A stretch of DNA of 64,000 nt from the NCBI GenBank assembly GCA_009103225.1, contig RHPI01003369.1, positions 689,500 to 753,499 of the forward strand, written 5' to 3'. The DNA comes from Chlorokybus atmophyticus. Taxonomy: Eukaryota > Plantae > Mesostigma and Chlorokybus algae. The notes beneath the pieces were generated by a model, which saw nothing but the letters and a program-made list of their open reading frames with translations, had not been told where the DNA came from and searched no databases. The position numbers and the translations under genes were made by a program. Numbering within the stretch: the first letter of the stretch is position 1; the number at the start of each line of letters is the position of its first letter. Shown one piece after another: positions 13,325 through 26,500 of this stretch.

Positions 13325-15340
13325 TTACAGACTGGTCAATAAGCTACTTACTACATCATCATCAAGGCCGTCAGGGCTGCCCACATTATAAGCGCCGTAT
13401 TTACACACTGTGTGCGGTTTGTGATGTGAGGGCACGCGTTCGTGCCCTCGCAGCCCCTGTCTCACGCGTTCGCACTCGCACTCTTCCTTAACGAGTTGCA
13501 ATTCAAGAAAGTCCGGCAAGTTCTGTAGCCTGCAGCAAGTGATTGGTTGGCATACATGTGACAACTGCAGAACTGCTTGCGCATGCATGCGCGCGCTTGC
13601 GTGTGTGTCTGCGCGTGGCAACAACCGCGTCGCACAACAGCGACAAGTGACTTCTTACTTGCGCAGTCTTTGCGTCAACACATGTACACGCCGCTCGACT
13701 TCTCTCCACTCGCCCTCCAGCGACGACTTTTGCTGCAAGCTGCACGCATCAACAGATTCAATATCCTCCCAACATCACAATTCCCAAACCACTTCTACCA
13801 GCGTCTGATAAGTCAAAACACCTTGAGCACCCCCTCCGTTCACTAAACACATCGTGAGCCCCCTCTCTCGCGAGCAAACACGCCGTGTACACGCCCTCTT
13901 CGTCTCGCACTCGGTCCAACTGCAACTCACGCGGCAGCGCGGCAAACAGCGCCGACAGCAGCCGGCGTGTCCGCTTCACGCGGCGGCGAGAGCGGGCTCG
14001 GATTGCACGCTTGGAGCGCCCACTTGCAATGTCCTCCGCATCTTCTTCTTCGTGGTCGCTGCCGCTCGTGCTGGCGGGACTGCCCGCCTCAACCTGTGCC
14101 ACATGTCACGTATTGTTTGCGACTGCTGGCAACACACCCAACTTAAACAACGTTGTTGATTGCCACCAGTGCGGAATAGACTTGATGACGAGTGCCTTGC
14201 CTTGGTGGGATGCGTCCCACCAGCGTCTTCTGGCTTCAATGTCAGTTTCCTGTGTAAGAGGGCAATCACAAGTGTTTAGCTGCATGCATTTGGCGATGCA
14301 GTAGCAGCGAGCGCTCACCATGCACATCTCCATGCACGCACACACGCATGCGCACGCCTGTGCACACAATCACACGTGCGCGAACACACACAAACACATG
14401 TGTGCGCATGTGCACGCACGCAACCAAGCAGCTATCATCACTACCTTTCCATGGCTTCGACACAACGCAGTTCGACTGCCCCATCCAACTGCGCCTTGCT
14501 AACATCCCCGATCGTATCTTCTGCTGCAAGCCCAACACCCGCCTCTTGCCTCTGCGCAGCCCCTGCTGCTTGCGCGGGATCAGCAGCCGTCGTCGTCTCC
14601 CTCCCCGACATGCTCTTGCTGTACGCCATGAGCATCTCCTCGAGGGTCGTCTTTGCGGACGGAGGTGTGGACGGCGTGGAGGCGGGAGTGGCCACATCAT
14701 TGTTGTTGGTGGTGGTGTTGTTGGCGCTTAAGGCACGCCTGTTGTGCTCATCGAGCCGGACCTCGAACGCGGCAGGTTGAGGCAAGGGCGACGATGGTAA
14801 AGAGGAGGTGTATGTCTTAAAGGGTCTGTCAATGTTGGAAACGTTGGGTGCTGGCACGCTCGCAAACACATCCCCTTGCGTGGCGAATGGGACATGTGCC
14901 GTATCTCTCTCCGGGTGTATCCACGCGCTCGCTTGCGTTGGCGTATGTGTTGGTGTGTTGGCAGCTGCGGCCCCATGTTCGAACCCCCAAGTAGCAACAT
15001 TAACATTCTGCAGCGGGCCAACATGCTCCTGTGGTCCCGCCACAGCGCCAGTGTTGGCAGCACTGATCCTTGCCAGAAAGTGCTGCACCGCTTGGTCTTG
15101 GGAAGAGAGCGCCTGCTTGGGGTGGAAGGCTCCAACGGACGCCAATTCTGGCGATGGAACCCGTGCTGGCATTGGCATCACCAGTTGTGGCATCTGTGCC
15201 AGTTGCGCCAGCTGTGCCAGTTGTGCTTGCGCATTCAGCGCTTGCGCGGCAGCATGGCTGCTGCCGGTATTAATGATGTTTGGCTGCGATGGTGACGGTA
15301 ATGTTTTCCTTGCCTTTGTGCTCCGCTCTTTTCTTGGCAT
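13325..15340 (-). CDS. Spliced low-complexity protein of unknown function
   Basis: Long exon MPRKERSTKARKTLPSPSQ...VEAME ends at AG|GTAGTG. It joins in frame to RKLTLKPEDAGGTHPTK and then VEAGSPASTSGSDHEEED...RRRVKRTRRLL (basic, NLS-like). The 3' exons are less certain. No domain recognised. Confidence 0.55.
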
Positions 15341-16599
15341 GCCGGTGCTGTGAAACGTGCCCCATATGCGTATTAGTTTGGCAACGTTGCTCAGCATGCG
15401 TCATGCAGGTTATGGGTGAACCTCACAGCTGTCACACACAACGAGAACATGGTATGCACGTACATATCTGCACTACTGTAGATCGTGTGTCTGATAAGGT
15501 GTGTGCTTGTGTGCTGGTATGCAAACAAGAACAATGTCCTTGAACGTTTGAACATGAGCTAGTAATGTCAGGTCGTCAATATGTTTGCACGCATTCCAAC
15601 CGCAGTGAAGGTAGCATTGTGTCTGTTCACAGCTGCACGTTAGCGCGGAGCTACAGGGCATAACAAGCCCTGAAGTTGATCTGTTACAGACATTTGTTAC
15701 AGAAATCAAAGCATGCATGCGCACACAGAGCGTATTGGTCGTTCAACAGCACTGACTAGACAAGGGGCATGCGTTGTGAACTTGCAATCAACATCTTCCG
15801 ATTTGCATAGTGTGCTGTGCTTGCTGTTGGTGGAATATGGTAATGATCAGTCATGTTGCATGACCTGCTTTGAGTTGTGCAGGGCTATGGCGCAGCGCTG
15901 GCCGTGCTAGTGAGAAAAAATCAACACAGCTGGTGCAAGTGGTGGCATGCACCCACCTGCCGCTGTTGATGCTGCCGCCAGACCCGCAGCGGCAGCGTTA
16001 TCACGCCATCACACGGGGTGTTTATTAAGCAACTCCAACAAACCCAACGCGGAGGACCGCCACCACCACCTCGCCACCGCCGCTTCCGCCGCCGGCGTCA
16101 ACACCAGAAGAACTGATTGTTCAGAGCAACAAGCGCTGATAATTCAATGCAAGCACATGTTGGGATGGGAGCTATTGTGTGAGGTGAGCAATGCGGACTG
16201 ATAGTAAGCGTCATTCAAGGCTAATGGTAGTTTTAAGACTTACATGGATGTTTACTTGTGCTCGAGGCTTTCATCTCGCAAACTCTGCTGTACAGATGGT
16301 CATGTGCAGTACCAGCAAGTGCATAGCAGGCTCACATGCGCACATGCACAGCCCCACATTGCGCTGTGACTTTTGGGCATTACGAGGAAGCGCAACAACC
16401 GGCACCCCATGTGCAACACTTGCAATTAAAGCCACAGAAACTTGGCTACAACCTACATGGCTTAAAGGACAGCATGCAAGCGGCTTAGCATTCCTCGGCC
16501 TGATTGCTCAAACAGCATCAAGTGTAGCCCATTGGTGGCATGCGATTTGCAGTGTTGAGCTTTGAACAGGAGAAACACTACCATCACAACTGTATGAGT

Positions 16600-17273
16600 A
16601 AGTGCAACTTACAAGGGTGCGGTACACCGTCTCTATCACTGCCACTCACAGCACACCACCATGCAGCATTCACACTCGTGCACGGCCGCGCACCACACCC
16701 CTTGCTGGAGCATATCACTTTTTGCGCCTGCGGTCATCATGTGTCCGCCGCACATGACACGCATCTCTCTATGTGCATGCGGGATGGACACCGCATTGCC
16801 ACTCACGATGCTGTGCGTGATGGATTCGCCGCCATTATGAGGGAGGCAGGGTTCGTGGTGCGTTGCGAGTTTCTTGGTGTGCTGCCTATGCGTGCGCATG
16901 AGCAGCAGGGGCGATGTATGGACATTGTAGCGTGTGAGCCGGGCAGCGATCAGCGTCTGCTACTAGATGTCACCGTCACGGAGCCTCGCGCCAGGCCAGG
17001 TGCAGGCGTGCTAGCAGCAGAGAGAGTGAAGACGGCGAAGTAAGGCGACTATGCAACAGCTGACACTTAGATGCCGCTGGCAACTGAGACATACGGCTGG
17101 ATGGGGACCCCAGCTGTTGATTTGTTGGCCATGTGTGCGTGCCGTGTGATTGATATAAGAGAGCTGGAGTCGCGGTTCATTTCCCGCCAAGTGACATAGT
17201 TTCGGCAGCGCATCGCTTTAGTGTTTCAGCGCTCTCAGGCTGCAGCGATCATGGCGGCAATAGCAGTAAGATC
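16600..17273 (+). mobile_element. Degenerate, 5'-truncated non-LTR retrotransposon with zinc finger and restriction-like endonuclease (CRE/R2-type RLE C-terminus)
   Basis: Translation reads HPLLEHITFCACGHHVSAAHDTHLSMC...HDAVRD...RCE...MDIV...LLLDVTVTEP...AAERVKTAK*GDY...*MPLATETYGWMG...FQRSQAAAIM. These match the CxC..H..C, HD/N, PD..D, K, PLaxEtxG and QRgnA motifs of RLE elements. In-frame stops are present and no RT domain is visible upstream. Confidence 0.78.
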
Positions 17274-17323
17274 GTCTGTGCCTAATGAAAAGTAGTTTGT
17301 GTACTTGTAATAGCAGTAAGATC
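17259..17323 (+). repeat. 15-bp perfect direct repeat AATAGCAGTAAGATC flanking a 35-bp spacer
   Basis: Copies at 17259-17273 and 17309-17323, at the 3' end of the RLE remnant. Confidence 0.9.
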
Positions 17324-17717
17324 AGCGCCATCTTGTGACGCACGGCCGGCACGAGACACTTTTTGGACGGACATTGCGAGCCTGACAGTGGCAGACTTGA
17401 TGTAGTTGGCTTGATTGTAGCTGTTACAGTAGTGCAGTATTGTATGGACCCGTGTATTGTTGTATTCCCATGTAATACAGTCACACCACACCGCACGCTT
17501 GAAACATCTCTGCGAGGGATTTTCACTGTGAGCCTGCTCCTCCTTGACATGCGCTGTCCCTCGCCAAAGTTTATTCAGGGTAAACCCCTGGCGCTGCAGG
17601 TGCACACTTGATGGCACAGTGGGAGGCTGTTTGCTCCACTATGTATTATGTGGTTGCAATCATGATAAAGTTACACATGTCATGCATACATTAGACTAAA
17701 TAGGTATATATGCCGCG

Positions 17718-20700
17718 TCATTGGGAAAATTCCAGCTTTTGAGCGACTAGCTTATTGGTGAGCTCGGCCTCTGTGACCTGCAGACAACGCAAATGTTGAC
17801 ATTGCAGGAACCCGTCACGCAGGCGCACCCCCACATTGTGCCACGTGCAGTGTTGGCAGCATGGTAGCCGGACAGCTCATATGCGCAAGACAAAAACACA
17901 CACGCAATGTACGGGACCTTCAGCAACAATGACACTGCAACTATCACGCAGTTGAGAAATGACAATACCCATACCTGATCATGCGCGATCATGGAGACTT
18001 CGCTAAACTTTGGGGGGGATCGCTGTATGCGACTCTGCACCTGAGAGCGCTGAAGCCGCCGGAGCTCCTCCTCCAGAGACGCCTTCTCTTCTTGTACCTT
18101 GCCCCTCTGCGTGGAAGGCATTGCGTTGGCCGCTGCCACATGCAATGCGCATAACATCTCCTTGTCACAGCATGTGTAAGTTCTCACCTCTTGCATGAGG
18201 CGATCGCACAAGCGCATAAGCTCCATCTTGTCCTCCGGCACGCGGGCTTTGCTGTCGCCGCCTCCGCGAATGAGGTACTTTTGCGAGAGCTTCAGCGCTT
18301 CCAGTTCACCCTGATGTTCGACAAAATCATTGGTATACAGACTGGCGACGCACCATCAAGATGTATTGAATGACAAGGACTGCATACCTGACTGTTCTTC
18401 AAACTTCGCCTCGTAAAAGTCAGCTCCTCTTCAACCTTCTCGCGCTCAGACTTTTGTGCATCAGCCTGGCAAGAGCAAGCGTGAGTCTATGCTCCTTGCT
18501 GTTACACAACAAACATGCCTATTGGCCCAGTTGTGATGTGCTACCTCACGCCGTGCGCAGGAGACCTCGCGCTCCAGTGCGGCTATCTGTGCGGCCAGAG
18601 CGTCGGAGTGCGCATCCGACCGCTTCGCTTGCTTCAGCGTGTCTTGCCGCGTGCTCTCCATCTCCCTCAGCTGCGCAAGCACAAATATTAAACCACAGGT
18701 TGTCTCTTAAGTAATACCAATGCCAATGTCACTGTTCAAGGACAGTCATAGCCACTGTGTATCGAGCAAGACAGCCCCTTACCTTTTTGTGCAGCAGTGA
18801 TGTCTCCTGTTGATGCAGTCTTTGAAGTGCAAGGAGCTCCCCTCGGAGTGCTTCTCGTTCGGTGGATTGCATCCTGCGGGCATCGGAAATGACCTCCTCC
18901 GCCTCACGCCTGTTGTTGTGTGTCAGTAAACTGTGTCACCTTCAAAGCATATGAATAAAAAGCTTCGATGCAACAACTACACAGCTTGTGCACTTACTGC
19001 AGCTGCTGTGCGAGCCGCAGTTCTTTTCTCAGTCCGTTGTTTTCTTCTTTCAAGCGGTCACGCACGAGGTTCAGCGTCTCTGCCTGCACGCACACAGAGA
19101 GTTTGCAACACGCACATGGCAAGCGCCGAGTGCACGTGTGAATTGCGTGTGCTGCATTTCTGCACCCACCTTGGCATCTACAATCACACGCAGTAATCCT
19201 AGGCCTTTCTCCAACCGTGACAGCTGCCCAAAAAGGGTGAAGGATAAGGTAATGGACACAATACTAAACATCCTCTCAATGTCAGCACCAACGGTTGTGA
19301 CCTGAGAGTTCAACTCACCTCATTGTGAAGTGGGCACTCGTTTGTGTTGGAGGCGCTGGGGGGACTATCAGAGGGGCGCTGAAACGCGGGAAAGACATCT
19401 GCAAACCATGTAAGTAAGTCGCATGCAATTGGGTTCGCCGAGCTGTATGGGCGTAGCTGATAGGGCACTTACGTCGCTGAAACCTCTCCACTTCATCGGC
19501 CAGATGTTTGGCGGAGCTCGTGGCGGAGCTTATGGTATCCTCCAAGGAATGCAGTCGAGCTTCATATGCGACTGCACGACGACAAGCCAACATCAGCTCA
19601 CCACAAAGTCAACCTTACAAGCACACAAACACACGTTGCACAAGCTCGTATGCGAGGCTTGATAAGTTGACTGTACCAGTAGCAAATTTGGGCATAAGCT
19701 GACCCTACAGCCCCACCTTGAGTGTCTACATTTGAGTGTGTGGCATCGGCAAGGGCGTCCTCAAGGCGCCGAACATCGTCGCGCAGACGAGCCTTCTCGT
19801 CATGGCTCTGCTCAGCGACAGCGCGGAAGCGGTCCACCTCAGATGCGAGCGCCTCATAGTCACGCGCACGTTCTGCTGTTGCCTCCAGCTCCGCACGACG
19901 TGACGCGGCCGCTGAAAGCTCCGCCCTCAACTGACCAATCTGGACACACAACAAAGCAGTGTGCAATCAACACACTTTGTGACGAAACAAAGCATGCAAG
20001 TCAGCAAACAGCAGTGACTTACGGGTCTCATACCTGTGCAGAGAGGCTGTTGGTTTGTATCCTCAGGTGTTCATTCTCGCTGCGCAATGCGACCACCATA
20101 ACGCCCTCAAACTCGCGTCGTGCGGGTTTGACGCCATTGCTGTTGGCGTTGCCATTGTGCATGGCGCCAACCAGCTGGCTGCTGTCATGGAAGTGCGCAG
20201 GCGCAGAGACGGGTGTGCGCGCGACGCTCGGGTGCGGGGGCGGCGTGGAGTATGCATTGCTGTGGATGTTGTTGGCATACAAGGGGGGATGCAAGTTCGT
20301 CTGCACTGCGCTCGGCGTCATCTCTTCTCTGAAATTGTGATGGCTACCCCGAGTACTAGAACTGGGCTTGTGATTTAAGTAAGTGTAGGGAGTGCTGCTG
20401 TTGGCTGCCGAGCTGTCCGCCTTCGCGGTTGAGTTGAAAGCACCAGCAAGGTTGCGCCGTGTCGGCTCTGGAGTCACCTGTGTTTGTTGGAACGTCTTGT
20501 TGGCTGTATGCAGAAGCATGGTTTGTGCCAAGTGGTTAACACAACGTCATTGTAGCTTCCATGTGCACAAGCAATACCTGCTTAGCCTGTCGCTCAGAAG
20601 GGAAACCGGATTCTGCAAACACCAATGTATAAGCGTTGGTTTCATTGTACATGCAGCATGGAAGCGTAACTTGCTACGTGAATTGCAACGTCACAATGAG

Positions 20701-21099
20701 CACAGCGCAATCACGCACACAATTCACGTTGCCTGTCACTTGCACTTGCAAAGGCCACTATGATTTTGCTTATTTGAGCAATTATGCTTTAAGTAAGCGT
20801 GTTCCCAAAAACCAAAAAGAAACAGCATGTTCCTAATTGCTCATTGCGCAGATGATGCCTGCTACAAGGTTATTCCACAAGCATAGACATTCCCGGTGTG
20901 TAAGAAACAAGCGACACGTTGTTAATAATGAGTGTCCAAACTTGCTTTATATTCCAGATGATACACGCAAGATTTCTTGCAAATTGTTATGTTATGTATG
21001 ACTGTTGTCTCAGGGCGGTTGCAATGCTTACCCAAGGCGTGCGCAGCCAGGAGCCGCTTTTTTGCCGCCTCGTACCTTTGCACAATATCCCCCATCCAT
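17718..21099 (-). CDS. Long coiled-coil protein with low-complexity N-terminus (possibly centriolar/cytoskeletal)
   Basis: Exon 1 MDGDIVQRYEAAKKRLLAAHAL G|GTAAGC joins in phase to (A)NKTFQQTQ...EHLRIQTNSLSAQ. Heptad-rich exons follow: IGQLRAELSAAASRRAELE..., YEARLHSLEDTISS..., AQLREMESTRQDTLKQ..., EDKMELMRLCDRLMQE. Likely last exon VTEAELTNKLVAQKLEFSQ*. Confidence 0.7.
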
Positions 21100-21699
21100 G
21101 TGTACTACAAAACATACATGAGCTGTACCGCAAAGCCTCGTACGACACAACTAATACGACACAGTCTCCACTGGCATCCAGCCCAGAGCAGGCCACACTG
21201 AGAGCCAAGCTGGACGCACCACTCCACTGGCCACGCTCACGCAATGCAAGGCTCCAACTCAAAACTCCACACTAAATTTGAACAGGTGTTACACACCTAT
21301 CTCTGAGTTCCCAAGAGATCAACAACGACAACGACAACGACGACACCGCTATCGTCCACCCCGCCGCCGCCGCCGCCGCAGCTATAATTAGCGAACCCTA
21401 AGCAATTTGCGCGCAAGTCAACTGTGCTCACGTCAGATCTGTCCGAGAAGTCCGAGAAGACACTCACACTTCCCTTCCGACAAACGTCGGAAGACTACCT
21501 CACAACGGGAAACTTGCTTCCTGGTGGGCTTCCGCTCGACGTGCGTCGCCGACGTCGGCATACTCATCCGTTGTTCATGCCTATTCATCGACGATGTCGA
21601 CGCGGCTTCATGCAATTTAGTTGAACTGAACGTCTGGATGAGGCCGCGGAGGCAGCGGCGGCGGCGGCGGGGGCGGGGGAGGGGGGGGCGAGGGAGTCA

Positions 21700-24295
21700 A
21701 TGATGGGTGGCGGGACGGTGGCTGCGGCTGAGATGATCAGGTCTCCCCTCTACGTGTCGTCGGAGCTGCTTTCGGCGGTGCAGCTGGCTCGCGTCTTCCC
21801 CGATAGCAAGACCTTCGTGGACATGCCGCTGAGGGAATCCTCATCCCCCGACGCCGTCGCAGCCGCGTTCAAGGCGCTACCACGAGACCACAGAAATGCT
21901 GTCGCCAAAGGTGTGGATGAATGTAGGGGTTGGCGAGATGCTAAATTGCGCTTGATTGCGCACTAGCCTGTCTTGGCCTGCTAGTTGCACGTCACATCAC
22001 AATGCCGAAGGTGCTCAAACTGCATACATAAATCTGAGTTCAGCAGGCTTGGTGTTCCATTGTATAGCTGCGCGAATGCGCAGCATCTGGCTCAAATCTG
22101 ATGTGCAACGCAGCTGTCCATGTGTGCATGCAGAGTTCACCTCGATTACGGTGCAGTTGGAACTGCAGGAACTGCAGGTGTTGCAGCGCCTGGGATTGAT
22201 TTACAGAATGTGCTCACAGGCTGTGATGGCTTGAGCATTGCACGCAACACAGCACCTCTCAACGCTCATGAAAAGTAGTTTTCATCAATGCCATTTTCTC
22301 CAAGGACACGCTCCGACCCTTCCACCAGAACCCTTCACTGATTGAAGCGCACGTAGTTCACTAATCACGTTAGACCCCATCAACCAGCAGCAATTCAAAA
22401 TGCCTGAAGTGATTGCTTATCTCCCGTGCGCAGACGTCCTGGCCTCCTTCCTGGCGGAGCATTTTGCCCCCGCTGGCAGCGACATCCAGACAGTCACTCT
22501 CCCGGACTTCACTCCCTCCCCCGCCATTGACACCTTCCTCCCCAAGGTTCACGACCCCGGCTGGCGCGACTTCGCCCTCTCCGTGCACAAGCTCTGGCCT
22601 CTGCTGGGCCGCAGGAGCGCCGTCGATGAGGGGGAGGAGTGGGTTGTGGTTGACAATGATGGAGGAGAGAGGGTAGCAGCATCAGGTGGTGGTGGTGATA
22701 GGCGGCACTCGCTGATTGCGCTGCCATCGCCCATGATCGTGCCGGGAGATAGGTTTCGAGAGACATACTATTGGGACAGCTACTGGATTGTGCGGTATGC
22801 TAGTAGTGTGGATGTGTGTGCGGTAGATCGACGTTGTGTCATTGTCGATGCTGATAGAATTAATGTGTGGACTGTGCAGGGGTTTGCTCATCAGCCGCAT
22901 GCCTATCACGGCGCGAGGCGTCCTTTCCAACCTGCTGTCGGTCGTGAGGCAGTATGGCTTTGTTCCTAATGGCTCGCGAGTTTATTACCTCAACAGAAGG
23001 TGGGTGTTGGGTACTATGTGGCCTGTTTAGTTGCGGCGTGCTGACAGTGGGTTGTCACATGTGTGCCTGCAGCCAGCCACCTCTGCTGAGCAGCACTGTG
23101 CTGGAGTATTATCAATACACCGACGACATTGATCTTGTGAGGGAAGCGCTGCCACTCTTGCAAGAGGAGTATGCTTATTGGACCCGAGGTACACGTTTGT
23201 TTACTCTCTGTAACTCTGTGCATATATGCTTGTGTGCATACACACTTCATGCTCTGCGTGCGTCTGTGCGTGCCTGGGCGTATGCAGGTGTGGGCGTGTG
23301 CGTTGCCATGTTAATGTTGCGTTATATGTGTGCGTGCAGGGAAGAAGTTGGTGCGTGTTGAGCAAGGGGGGCGCGTGCACGAGCTGTCGCGCTACTACGC
23401 TGAGACAGACCTGCCGAGACCAGAGTCGTATTATGAGGACGAGACAGCCACAGCCGGTATGGGCGAGAGCGAGACGCGAGAGCTGCACCGCGAGCTTGCG
23501 ACGGTGGCGGAGTCCGGGTGGGACTTCAGTTCGCGTTGGCGAGGTGTCCACCTCGATGCCGCCACCACGCGCATCACGTGCGTCGTCCCCGTCGACCTCA
23601 ACGTGTTCCTCCTGCGCATGGAGCGCGACATACACGCCCTCTTGGGCGCTGCCGTCACTCCAGGAAGCCACAACCACGACAAGGAGCAGGCGTACTACCT
23701 TGCGCGCGCACAGGCACGCGAGGACGCCATCAACAGCGTGTTGTGGGATCCCGAACACAGCCGCTGGCGGGACCTGTGGCTGCCACTTGATGGTGAAAAC
23801 AATTATGCGGGCGTGACAACACCGTTTGAGGCGTGCCTTCGGCACCCGAGTGGGGGCGTGTACGCGTCTGACTTCACGCCCTCGTGGTGTGGGTTGGTGC
23901 CACCCGCTAGTGATAAAGCTGGACTCGCCGTTGACCAGATGGACACGTTGTTGTGCAGCGGGCTCGTGCATGCGGGCGGCATCACCGTATCAGACGTTGA
24001 GTCCGGCGAGCAGTGGGACTTTCCCAACGCGTGGCCGCCGATCCAATGCATACTCATAGAGAGCCTCATGAGCAACAAGCGACTGCGCCCCGTGGCGAAG
24101 AACCTCGCGCACGCCTTCCTGAGCAGCTGCAGGCTTGCGTATGAGGCCACCGGAGCCATGCATGAGAAGTACGATGCGCGTGTGGTTGGCGATGTGGGCG
24201 GTGGAGGCGAGTATGTCCCGCAGGTTGGGTTTGGATGGACCAACGCTGTTACACTGGTCCTCCTGCATGTATGTGGTGCTCCTGCACAGCCATGA
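21700..24295 (+). CDS. TRE1: Trehalase (glycoside hydrolase family 37)
   Basis: DSKTFVDMP, PGDRFRETYYWDSYWI, GFVPNGSRVYYLNRSQPP, AESGWDFSSRW, QWDFPNAWPP, EKYDA, GGGGEYVPQVGFGWTN. The GH37 signature motifs occur in the correct order. Confidence 0.97.
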
Positions 24296-24764
24296 TGCCT
24301 GGCCAAGAGCGCTTGTACGTGATTGTAAGTTAGTTGTGTCATATACTAAGTTGTAGGGATTCTTCGATTGATTGGCTGCATTAAGCACAGCATTAGTACC
24401 ATTGGTAGCCTGTTGTAGACGTTCTCCTGCGCTACACCGCAAGGGGCATTTGTTTCAATTACAGCAACGGTACATTGCTTTCAGCTCATCTGGTAGTTAT
24501 TGTGGTATACCTCCACGTATGTGTACTCTACCCGTAGTGTATGTGCAGTGTCAAGTGCTTTACTATTGTGGCATGGTTGTTGGATTGCTACAAATCAAGT
24601 GGATGCATTGGTCACAGTTGCTAACTCACAAGTTACAAGCAGCACTGTTACGCACATGTCTTCACATGCACACAATGTTACAACAGCAGTAACTGTGCAC
24701 ACACAGTCAGCTTACTTCAACAAAATCTTACAACGGGCAAGGCATTCAACCTGTAAATTCAACT

Positions 24765-26438
24765 TTAGCACACACGCAGCACTTGCGGCAGTGCAACCGA
24801 TGAGTTCGGCGCCCTTGCCGTCGGGTATGCGCTCCCCGTCATCGGCCTCGGCCTCTCATCATGATGCAGAAAATCAAAGTCCCTCTTCTCATACACCCCT
24901 CCTCTCTTCGTGATGGGACTCATCCCCTTCCCCACCCTCCTGTTTCCAACTATGTCCCCACCCATCTCGGCGGCCGCCTCGCGCAAGTGAGCCTCCTCGC
25001 GCGCACGAGCTAGACGGGACAGACGGGCGGACTCGCGGTCCTCGGCGACACGGAGGGCGGCCGGATCGGTGGGAGAGTTGGAGATGATGTTGTAGCGAGC
25101 GGCCGCGCGGCCCTTGACGCAGGGAGGCAACTTCTCCAACTGAGACGAGGGACGGCACATGTTACATGTGGGGGAGGGACACCAGTTGGCTCAGTTATAC
25201 AACATGAAGCCAATGCGTGGATCTCCGTCAAGCAACAGGACACAAGAGCAATGGTTCGGAAGAGCAATGCACTCCAATACTTGTGATACACGCACACACA
25301 CATCCACGCACACGCACGCACGCACACACACACACATACGCGCACCAACGCACTTATGCTGCCTCAGCACTGAGTCACAGCCAGCGTACCTTTCGTGCCA
25401 GCCTTTGGTTGTGCAATGTGCGTGTCTGCTGTTCCGGGTCGTCGTTTCCATTGCGGTGTGCCCCTCGTATGGGGTCATAGATGCGCATGGTCTTGGCCTT
25501 GTTGAGGACGGCGCTCTTGGCCTCGGTCTCCTCCCTGCTCTCGCGCGTCTCGTGGTCGCGGTAGTACATGTTGGCAACGATGTCGAAGTCACGCGCCTCG
25601 CGCTTGTGCTTCGAAACGTGGTTCGGGAGCTTCTCGGGAACACGCGTGTCGACCTTGTCGGTGAAGAGATTGAGAGATGCCTTGTCAACCTGTTTGTAAG
25701 CACCACGTGTTGACAGACGATAGTCACACTCTTGAGCGCACACGCACACGCACAGTAACAACAACGGTTGCTTACATGGTGTCGTGGTATCAACGGGATG
25801 CCAATTTCAGTATGTGCGTCTCGCTCCGTGTAGGTAGCAGGCTCAGCTCCCCGCAACCACGCATGTGATATCATATCATACTGCCTGCTTACACAACACA
25901 TAAGCAACCTACTCATCCTAGGCACACGGTGCAGGTGAAAAAAAACGACGTGATTCAGTCTTGTACCTGCGTTCCTGCTCCCTTTTGCTTTGTGGCCTGT
26001 ATGTTGTGTTAGGCTGTGAAGTACTCGGCCCATCATCCTGCAGGTACACATGAAGGCATGAACAGACACACACATGCACGCTAATGAACAAGTCTAGTGT
26101 TATATACACCCATGTAAGCCTGTAACGCTTTGCTTGTTCTCAATTTTATCCTACTTTATGATATGGCACTGGGTGGTTTGCCAAAGACGGCGCCTGCATT
26201 GGTAGCGTAACTGGCCAATTCTGCCTCGTCACTCGCAGTGTTTCAACGTAACCCTGCTTCTCCTACAAGACACAAATGTGTTAACAAACAAGACTCACAC
26301 TCTTACTAAATTGATACTTGCTGTGTCTCTGCTTTGTGCGCACACCTGAGGCGCCCGCACGCGGTCAGCTTTCTGCAAGTTGATGGCGTCACCCCAGCTG
26401 CTCGCCTCCGCGCCCACCTCCAGCCAGCTCTGCGACAT
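24765..26438 (-). CDS. Uncharacterised protein with short (F/Y)(D/N)x(I/L/V) repeats; possibly flagellar
   Basis: Exons MSQSWLEVGAEASSWGDAINLQKADRVRAPQ / GYVETLRVTRQNWP...PYHK / DDGPSTSQP... / YDMISHAWLRG... / ...FDIVANMYYRD...YDPIRG... / LEKLPP...YNIISN...FDFLHH, several bounded by clear GT-AG sites. The flagellar link is inference only. Confidence 0.6.
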
Positions 26439-26500
26439 GCCTTGACAGCGACTACCACACACAACTCAACTTCACCACTACCACCCTGTCGCCGCCGCCG

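Noticed and set aside
17363-17611. HCEPDSGRLDVV as a second RLE copy
   Set aside because: Similarity to the first copy is only a few residues, and the other RLE motifs are absent.
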